DNA of 56,297 nt from Eubacteriales bacterium. Its GTDB lineage: Bacteria > Bacillota > Clostridia > Oscillospirales > CAG-272. Of this stretch, positions 47,313-56,297 are shown piece by piece (positions within the stretch are counted from its first letter, which is position 1; each line of letters opens with the position of its first letter). Under the pieces are notes generated by a model. The model did no database searches, was not told the DNA's origin, and was given only the letters and a program-made list of their open reading frames with translations. The DNA lies in assembly GCA_045576815.1 (NCBI GenBank), contig JAZNHD010000065.1, positions 1 through 56,297 of the forward strand, written 5' to 3'. The position numbers were made by a program, and so were the translations under genes.

Positions 47313-48120
47313 GGTAAACGGCCCAAAGGTGTATTTTGAGCTGCCGTGGGACCTGCCTGATATTAACATCTTCACTATGAAAAATCTTATCACGCAGACC
47401 ACCGTATCGCTCTTTGCCGTAACTGTTATACTTCTGACTCTCGCCTTTATCGTATCGAGAAAAATCACAAAGCGACCGGGTAAAATCCAGGTAGTTGCCG
47501 AAAAGCTCGTGAATATGCTCTACGGACTCGTTGAGGACACGATGGGTAGGCATAACCTGAAGTTTGCGCCCTATATCGGCACGCTCTTTTTATCCTCGAT
47601 AATCGGTACTCTTATCGGCATGACGCAAATCTTCCGCTCCACCACCGCAGACCTCTCGGTCACTGCCGCATGGGCGCTCGTCACAACCGGTATGGTATGG
47701 TATAACAACATTAAAAATTTTGGATTTCTTACTTGGCTAAAGGGCTTTACCGAGCCTATTGTGGTTATGACACCGATGAATATCGTCTCCGAGATTGCAA
47801 ACCCCGTGTCAATGGCATTCCGTCACTTTGGCAACGTTGCGGGAGGCTCGGTGCTGACAGCGCTTATCTACTCTGCCTTGGCGCTGCTCTCAAAGGTACT
47901 GCTCTCTTGGATACCCGGTATTATCTCGTCTATCCCGTTTTTCCAGGTCGGTATCCCTGCGTTTCTGTCTATTTATTTCGACCTCTTCTCCGGCTTTGTT
48001 CAGGCGCTCGTGTTCTCGCTGCTGACGATGGTTTACGTTGGCGGTGCATGCCCGCCGCCCTCAGAGCTGCCTAAGAAAAAAAGCAAAGAAAAGAAAAACC
48101 AGGCACAAAAGCAAACATAA
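47302..48120 (+). CDS. atpB: ATP synthase F0 subunit a
   Basis: PVSMAFRHFGN (essential Arg), FVQALVFSLLT. Confidence 0.95.
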   Translation: MEIEVNGPKVYFELPWDLPDINIFTMKNLITQTTVSLFAVTVILLTLAFIVSRKITKRPGKIQVVAEKLVNMLYGLVEDTMGRHNLKFAPYIGTLFLSSIIGTLIGMTQIFRSTTADLSVTAAWALVTTGMVWYNNIKNFGFLTWLKGFTEPIVVMTPMNIVSEIANPVSMAFRHFGNVAGGSVLTALIYSALALLSKVLLSWIPGIISSIPFFQVGIPAFLSIYFDLFSGFVQALVFSLLTMVYVGGACPPPSELPKKKSKEKKNQAQKQT

Positions 48121-48142
48121 CTTGTCAAAAATTAAATTTTAG

Positions 48143-48403
<261 letters not shown>

Positions 48404-48436
48404 GAGAAGCGACATAAAAGATTAAGGAGAACCCCA

Positions 48437-48964
48437 ATGGGACTACTTGAAGCTGCCATGACACCCTTAGAAAAGTTTGAGAGCTTTGTGGGTGTCAACG
48501 TATGGACTATGCTTTTTGCGTGGGCGAATCTTCTGATTCTCTACCTTTTCTTAAAAAAGCTGCTTTTTAAGCCGCTCAAAAATATGATTGACTCCCGTCA
48601 AAAAGAAATTGACGATGCCTACGAATCTGCCGAGGAGAAAAACCGTGAGGCAGACGAGCTTCGCGAGTCTTACGAGAAAAAGCTCGCCGATGCCGCTCGC
48701 GAGAGCGAGGAGATAGTTCGCACGGCAACCCGCCGTGCCGAGCTTGAGAGCGAGGAAATTCTACGTGATGCGAGCCGCGAGGCAAACCGAATTGTCGAGC
48801 GTGCCGAGGAGCGAATTGAGCTTGAAAGGCGCGCCGCGCTTGAGGAAATCAAAAACGAGGTTTCGGGCATTGCGCTTGACATCGCCGCGGCGGTAATCGA
48901 GCGTGACGTAACGGCAGAGGAGCACGCAGCACTTATCGACGAGTTCATCTCGGAGAAAAAGTGA
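48437..48964 (+). CDS. atpF: ATP synthase F0 subunit b
   Basis: N-terminal TM helix, LFKP, long coiled coil. Confidence 0.95.
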   Translation: MGLLEAAMTPLEKFESFVGVNVWTMLFAWANLLILYLFLKKLLFKPLKNMIDSRQKEIDDAYESAEEKNREADELRESYEKKLADAARESEEIVRTATRRAELESEEILRDASREANRIVERAEERIELERRAALEEIKNEVSGIALDIAAAVIERDVTAEEHAALIDEFISEKK

Positions 48965-48999
48965 GCTTTTCATAACGAGGAAAGGGAGGCTACACAAAA

Positions 49000-49533
49000 G
49001 TGACAGACGTAACTCAATATGCAAGAGCCCTCTTTTCGCTCGCACACGAGTATGGGAAAGAGGAAAAAATAGGCGAGCAGCTCATCGCTCTCGCAAGACT
49101 TATTTCGGAAAACCCGAGCTATGCGGCCCTTCTCGACACACCTGCCCTTCCGCTTTCAGAACGCGTGAGGCTTATTGACGAGGCTCTAGCACCGTTTGAC
49201 GAACACCTCGTGAATTTGATTAAGATGCTTGCCGAAAAGAGACTTGCATACACGGTAGAGTCGCTCGCGAAAAAATACTCCGAGGCTCTTGACGAGGCAA
49301 AAGGAATCCTGCGCGCCGAGGCTATCAGCGCCGTGCCTATGACAGAGAGTCAGCTTTTGACGCTCAAGGAAAAGCTCGAAAAAGAATGCAAAAAAACGGT
49401 AATTATCAAAAACACCCTTGACAAATCAATCCTCGGCGGTCTTATCCTCAGGTATGCGGGACTCTCCGAGGACGGCTCGCTGAAGAATAGGCTTGAAAAG
49501 ATTGAAAAAAGTCTAAAGGAAGCAAAGCTATAA
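49000..49533 (+). CDS. atpH: ATP synthase F1 subunit delta
   Basis: YARALF, DKSILGGLI, DGSLK. Confidence 0.95.
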   Translation: MTDVTQYARALFSLAHEYGKEEKIGEQLIALARLISENPSYAALLDTPALPLSERVRLIDEALAPFDEHLVNLIKMLAEKRLAYTVESLAKKYSEALDEAKGILRAEAISAVPMTESQLLTLKEKLEKECKKTVIIKNTLDKSILGGLILRYAGLSEDGSLKNRLEKIEKSLKEAKL

Positions 49534-49581
49534 GCGAAAACCCCCATTTTTTTGCCGTGAAAACGGCGGGAGAGGCGTAAA

Positions 49582-51096
49582 ATGCAATCAAAAATCGAAG
49601 ATATATCAAGAGTAATTAAGGAGCAGATTAAAAACTACTCCAAAAAGACCGAAACCGCCGAGGTCGGCTACGTTATCTCGGTGGGCGACGGAATAGCCAA
49701 GGTTTACGGCATTGACAGGTGTAAATCAAACGAGCTGCTCGAATTTTCGAACGGCACGCTCGGTATGGCTCTTAACCTTGAGGAGAGCTTTATTTCGGCG
49801 GTTCTTCTCGGTACCGACGTCGGTATCGGCGAGGGCTCGCTCGTAAAGCGCACCGGCAGAGTCGTATCCGTGCCTGTCGGTGAAAATCTTATCGGCAGAG
49901 TCGTATCCGCACTCGGCGAGCCGCTTGACGGCGGTGCGGCTATTGTAGCCGAGGAGTATAATCCCATCGAACGCAAGGCTTACGGCATAATCGAGAGAAA
50001 ATCGGTATCCGTGCCGCTCGAAACCGGCATTAAGGCAATTGACTCTATGATTCCGATAGGAAGAGGTCAGAGAGAGCTTATAATCGGTGACAGACAAACG
50101 GGTAAAACCACAATAGCCACCGACACCATAATAAATCAGAAGGATAAGGGCGTTATCTGCGTCTACGTCGCGATAGGCCAAAAGCAGTCGACAGTAAGAG
50201 AGGTGGTTGACACCCTCTATAAGAGCGGTGCTATGGACTACACCATCGTCGTTTCCGCAACCGCCTCCGACCCGGCACCGCTGCAGTACATCGCACCCTA
50301 TGCGGGCTGTACTATGGGCGAATATTTTATGGAGCGCGGCCGTGACGTGCTCATCGTTTACGACGACCTCTCAAAGCACGCGGTTGCCTACCGTGCCCTC
50401 TCGCTGCTCATAAGACGTCCTCCGGGCAGAGAGGCTTATCCCGGCGACGTATTCTACCTGCACTCAAGACTTCTTGAGCGTGCGGCGAGACTTTCCGACG
50501 AGTGCGGCGGTGGCTCACTCACGGCACTTCCCATTATCGAGACGCAAGCAGGCGACGTTTCCGCCTACATTCCCACAAACGTAATATCCATAACCGACGG
50601 ACAGATATTCCTTGAGTCCGAGCTCTTCCACTCCGGCATACGCCCTGCTATTAACCCCGGCATCTCGGTATCGCGAGTTGGCGGCAACGCGCAGATTAAG
50701 GCTATGAAAAAGGTTGCCGGCAGACTTAAGCTACTCTACTCACAGTACCGCGAGCTTGAGAGCTTTGCGCAGTTCGGCTCGGATCTTGATAAGGACACAA
50801 AGGCGCGTCTTATGCAGGGCGAGCGCATAGTGGCTGTCTTAAAGCAGGGCAAGTGCTCTCCCGTGTCGGTTGAATGTCAGATTGCTATAATCTATGCCGC
50901 AACAAATAATCTCCTCTCGGATATTCCCACGCAGGACGTTCCACGCTTTGAGCGTGAGCTGTATGAGTATCTTGCGGCGGCAAAGCCCGAGCTTCTCGCT
51001 GAAATTCGCAACACGGGTGTGCTCTCATCTGAAGGTGAGGCCGCTCTTCGCGAGGCGATAGAGATTGCGAAAAAGAGATTTTTGGGCAAAATTTAA
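49582..51096 (+). CDS. atpA: ATP synthase F1 subunit alpha
   Basis: [23 protein letters not shown]. Confidence 0.98.
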   Translation: MQSKIEDISRVIKEQIKNYSKKTETAEVGYVISVGDGIAKVYGIDRCKSNELLEFSNGTLGMALNLEESFISAVLLGTDVGIGEGSLVKRTGRVVSVPVGENLIGRVVSALGEPLDGGAAIVAEEYNPIERKAYGIIERKSVSVPLETGIKAIDSMIPIGRGQRELIIGDRQTGKTTIATDTIINQKDKGVICVYVAIGQKQSTVREVVDTLYKSGAMDYTIVVSATASDPAPLQYIAPYAGCTMGEYFMERGRDVLIVYDDLSKHAVAYRALSLLIRRPPGREAYPGDVFYLHSRLLERAARLSDECGGGSLTALPIIETQAGDVSAYIPTNVISITDGQIFLESELFHSGIRPAINPGISVSRVGGNAQIKAMKKVAGRLKLLYSQYRELESFAQFGSDLDKDTKARLMQGERIVAVLKQGKCSPVSVECQIAIIYAATNNLLSDIPTQDVPRFERELYEYLAAAKPELLAEIRNTGVLSSEGEAALREAIEIAKKRFLGKI

Positions 51097-51120
51097 GTAC
51101 AAAAACGAAAGGAGCTTCGT

Positions 51121-53377
<2,257 letters not shown>

Positions 53378-53779
53378 ATGAGACGCTTTACACTTAAAAT
53401 CATCACCCCCGACGGCATAAAGTTTTCTGGCGAGTGCGAGAGCCTGCTTGTACGCACCGACGACGGCGACGTTGAAATACTCGCAGGGCACACCGACCTT
53501 TTAGCCACCGTCGGCATTGGCAGAGCGAGGATAAAGGTAGATCATGACGTTAGATTTGGCGCGATACAGGGCGGCACGCTTACTGTGCTGTCGGGCGCTG
53601 TAACGCTCCTTCCCTTAACCTTTGAATTTGCCGACGAAATTGACGTCTCCCGTGCCGAGCGTGCAAGAGAGCGCGCCGAGGAAAAGCTCGCGAGTGCTAC
53701 AAATCCCGCTACCGAGGACATAGCGAGGGCAAAGCTTATGCGCGCCCTGAACCGCCTCTCCGTCGCGGGAAAAAGATAA
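53378..53779 (+). CDS. atpC: ATP synthase F1 subunit epsilon
   Basis: IITPDG, ILAGH, C-terminal helix pair. Confidence 0.95.
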   Translation: MRRFTLKIITPDGIKFSGECESLLVRTDDGDVEILAGHTDLLATVGIGRARIKVDHDVRFGAIQGGTLTVLSGAVTLLPLTFEFADEIDVSRAERARERAEEKLASATNPATEDIARAKLMRALNRLSVAGKR

Positions 53780-53789
53780 TTCAACAACT

Positions 53790-53824
53790 ACCGTCGCATA
53801 TAAAGATGCGGCGGTTTTGCTTTT
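53790..53824 (+). terminator. atp operon terminator
   Basis: ACCGTCGCAT/ATGCGGCGGT stem followed by TTTGCTTTT. Confidence 0.7.
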
Positions 53825-53825
53825 G

Positions 53826-54068
53826 CTAAAAGTCGTGTCTGGCTCCGCAATCTATTCCCTTACTTTCCAAAAGGCAAACAATTTTTTCTATTCTTTCGAA
53901 GCATTCCTCATCATCTAAATTATCATCTCTTATTATTTGCCTTATTTTGTCTAATGTTTTAATGCACTCCTTTTCGGCAAGATGCTCAAAATCCGGATTA
54001 TTTGAAATCAAAATCTCGAGCGCTCCGCCCTTCAAAAAATCGATAAACAACTCACGAATTAGTTCCAT
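53826..54068 (-). CDS. Small hypothetical protein
   Basis: AAAGGAG RBS; ends GIDCGARHDF; divergent from the XRE gene. Confidence 0.7.
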   Translation of the reverse strand: MELIRELFIDFLKGGALEILISNNPDFEHLAEKECIKTLDKIRQIIRDDNLDDEECFERIEKIVCLLESKGIDCGARHDF

Positions 54069-54161
54069 AATAAAATTCTCCTTTGATATGGGGATTATAT
54101 CCCCTTAATAAATAAGATTATAACCCCCATAATAATAAATGTCAATATGGAGGTTAAAAAA

Positions 54162-54371
54162 ATGATTGTTTTTGATAAACTTTGGGGCGTTATGAAGGAA
54201 AAGGGCGTCAGCACTTACAGGCTTCGCGAGGAGTGCGGAATTGACAGCAAGACTATAAGAAGGCTAAAAGCGAACGACAATATCGAAACCAAAACCATAG
54301 GAAAGCTCTGTGCGGCACTTGAGTGCAAGGTCGGGGATATAATGGAGTATATACCCGACGAGGAAAAATGA
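54162..54371 (+). CDS. XRE/Cro-C1 HTH regulator (HTH_26-like)
   Basis: KLWGVMKEKGVSTYRL...TIGKLCAALECKVGDIMEY; GGAGG RBS before ATG 54162. Confidence 0.88.
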   Translation: MIVFDKLWGVMKEKGVSTYRLREECGIDSKTIRRLKANDNIETKTIGKLCAALECKVGDIMEYIPDEEK

Positions 54372-54398
54372 GGCTTTTCTTTATCTAAAAACAAAAAC

Positions 54399-54431
54399 AA
54401 ACCTGCTGATAGCTAAATCAGCAGGTTTTTT
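54399..54431. terminator. Bidirectional terminator
   Basis: AAACCTGCTGAT/ATCAGCAGGTTT stem flanked by A and T tracts. Confidence 0.75.
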
Positions 54432-54450
54432 GTAAATATGCATTTACATT

Positions 54451-55128
54451 TTATGCTAAAACAAGGAAGATTGCGATTGCTGCGGCAAGTGAGATACCGC
54501 CGATAATAAGTATCACAATACTACTCTTATTAAAGGTAAAGCCGCGCTTGCCGTCTACAAGTCCGGCTCTTGCAAGAGCGGTTGTCACAGGCTTATAGAG
54601 GAGCATTGCAGATGCGGCGTTAAGTAAGGACTTCGCAAAATTAAAGGGAAGCAAAACGCTCGGCAAAAGCTCAATTACCATAGCACCTGCTTTATCGGCA
54701 GGCATTCCTACGAAATAAGTAAGATAAAGGGGTGTCACAAAGGTGTTGAGTAGAAGCATCACACCCGTCGTGGCTATCACAGCCGAGAAGAAACCGACAA
54801 GCGCACCGTTTAGTGTCCTCTTAAATTTATATATCAGTGAGGCGGTCAAGGCAAAGACCGCAGAGGATGCAAAGTTCATAATAAAGCCGTACCAAGCGGT
54901 CGTGCTGAAGGTAAACAGCTCAATCGCCGCAGCGACAAAAGCAATCACAACCCCCGAGATAGGCCCGTATGTAAAGGCGGCAAGTGCTATAATCGCGTCC
55001 TTTACGTCGAGAGATAGAAATCCTGCGACAGGCGGAATAACGTTGCAGACGAGCGCTACAACATACGCTGTCGCTGCAAATATGGCTGTGCCAACGAGTT
55101 TTTTAGTGTCGAATTTATTAGTTTTCAT
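54451..55128 (-). CDS. ribU: ECF transporter S component, riboflavin (RibU-like)
   Basis: FLSLDVKD, YGP..G, LPFNFAK motifs; preceded by an FMN riboswitch; start at ATG 55128. Confidence 0.85.
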   Translation of the reverse strand: MKTNKFDTKKLVGTAIFAATAYVVALVCNVIPPVAGFLSLDVKDAIIALAAFTYGPISGVVIAFVAAAIELFTFSTTAWYGFIMNFASSAVFALTASLIYKFKRTLNGALVGFFSAVIATTGVMLLLNTFVTPLYLTYFVGMPADKAGAMVIELLPSVLLPFNFAKSLLNAASAMLLYKPVTTALARAGLVDGKRGFTFNKSSIVILIIGGISLAAAIAIFLVLA

Positions 55129-55131
55129 ATA

Positions 55132-55243
55132 TTTCCTTTCACATCCGGACTTTCGCCGTCGGTCGCGGAATTTCACCGCGTCAGGAATTTATTCCTCGTA
55201 GACTGTACTACCGGTACGGAATTTCACCGCTTCCCAAGAAAAA
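55132..55243 (-). promoter_or_regulatory. FMN riboswitch (RFN element)
   Basis: Minus strand reads GGTGAAATTCC..ACCGGT.GTA.AGTC..CGA...GGTGAAATTCC..ACCGAC.G....AGTCCGGATG.GA, the two-T-loop RFN consensus. Confidence 0.93.
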
Positions 55244-55273
55244 CTTTACATTTATTATATATGATTTGTAAAA

Positions 55274-55300
55274 TTCCCCGACACAAAAAGTGTCGGGGAA
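55274..55300 (-). terminator. tuf terminator
   Basis: TTCCCCGACAC/GTGTCGGGGAA stem. Confidence 0.7.
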
Positions 55301-55331
55301 CAATACTTGTTAGTTTAGTCCGGCTTAAGAA

Positions 55332-56297
55332 TTAAGCAAGGATCTCGGAAACGACGCCCGAGCCAACGGTACGGCCACCCTCACGGATAGCGAAACGAAG
55401 ACCCTTCTCGCAAGCGATAGGAGTGATAAGCTCAACAGTCATATCAACGTTATCGCCGGGACGGCACATATCAACGTCAGCAGGAAGGTTGATAACGCCG
55501 GTAACGTCGGTAGTTCTGAAATAGAACTGAGGTCTGTAACCGGAGAAGAAGGGCTTGGAACGGCCACCCTCTTTCTCAGTAAGAACGTAAACCTGACCTA
55601 CGAACTTGGTGTGGGGCTGAACAGAACCGGGCTTGCAAAGAACCTGGCCTCTCTCGATCTCGTTCTTCTGAACGCCACGGAGAAGAAGACCAACGTTGTC
55701 ACCAGCCTCAGCATAGTCCATGAGCTTGTGGAACATCTCGATACCGGTTACAACGGTAGAAGAGGACTCGTCCTTAAGACCAACGATCTCAACAACGTCA
55801 GCCATCTTAACGGTACCACGCTCTACACGGCCGGTAGCAACGGTACCACGACCGGAGATGGAGAATACGTCCTCGACAGGCATAAGGAAGGGAAGGTCAG
55901 CCTTTCTGTCGGGAGTGGGAATATAGGAGTCAACAGCATCCATAAGCTCCTTGATGCAAGCGAACTCGGGAGCGTCAACACCGTTGTTAGAGGTAAGTGC
56001 CTCACGAGCGGAGCCGCGAACGATCGGAATGTCGTCGCCCGGGAACTCGTACTCGTTAAGGAGGTCACGGATCTCCATCTCAACGAGGTCAAGAAGCTCG
56101 GGGTCGTCAACGATGTCGCACTTGTTCATGAATACAACGAGTGCGGGAACGCCAACCTGACGAGCAAGAAGAACGTGCTCTCTGGTCTGTGCAAGAGGGC
56201 CGTCAGTACCTGCAACAACGAGGATAGCGCCGTCCATCTGAGCAGCACCGGTGATCATGTTCTTAACGTAGTCAGCGTGGCCGGGGCAGTCAACGTG
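55332..56297 (-). CDS. tuf: Elongation factor Tu (5' end outside the window)
   Basis: [54 protein letters not shown]. Confidence 0.98.
   Translation of the reverse strand, partial: HVDCPGHADYVKNMITGAAQMDGAILVVAGTDGPLAQTREHVLLARQVGVPALVVFMNKCDIVDDPELLDLVEMEIRDLLNEYEFPGDDIPIVRGSAREALTSNNGVDAPEFACIKELMDAVDSYIPTPDRKADLPFLMPVEDVFSISGRGTVATGRVERGTVKMADVVEIVGLKDESSSTVVTGIEMFHKLMDYAEAGDNVGLLLRGVQKNEIERGQVLCKPGSVQPHTKFVGQVYVLTEKEGGRSKPFFSGYRPQFYFRTTDVTGVINLPADVDMCRPGDNVDMTVELITPIACEKGLRFAIREGGRTVGSGVVSEILA

Overview
Chromosomal segment of a Clostridia-like Firmicute (inferred from gene content, sigma-A promoters and AGGAGG-type RBSs). It is mostly housekeeping: serC/serA, tRNA-Glu, rlmD, a topoisomerase III-like gene, a Rad3/DinG helicase, mtaB-glyQS-luxS-mtnN, rpmH-rnpA-yidD-yidC-jag-mnmE, a complete F1Fo ATP synthase operon with a Na+-type c subunit, an FMN riboswitch with ribU, and the 3' part of tuf. 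The outstanding feature is an ~11.8 kb single operon (21231-33000) of intact phage head and packaging genes: replication-initiator-like protein, TerS, TerL, portal, scaffold, major capsid, adaptor, a nozzle-like protein carrying a BspA leucine-rich-repeat insert, two small proteins and three membrane proteins. I can recognise no integrase, repressor, att sites, tail tube/tape measure or endolysin in it, and it has host-like codon usage plus its own promoter and terminator. It is a candidate gene transfer agent (GTA) or domesticated phage-particle system. Other accessory signals are an AT-richer receptor-like (probable TIR-TPR-TM-InlB repeat) plus SPFH operon at the left edge, a cassette-like insertion at the rlmD 3' end with repeated boundary motifs, duplicated tRNA-Glu 3' ends, a promoter-to-terminator structured RNA at 45.8-46.0 kb, a REP doublet, and two small genes missed by the ORF track (rpmH and a 32-aa Cys-rich membrane peptide). 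All family calls come from motif recognition by eye; no searches were run.
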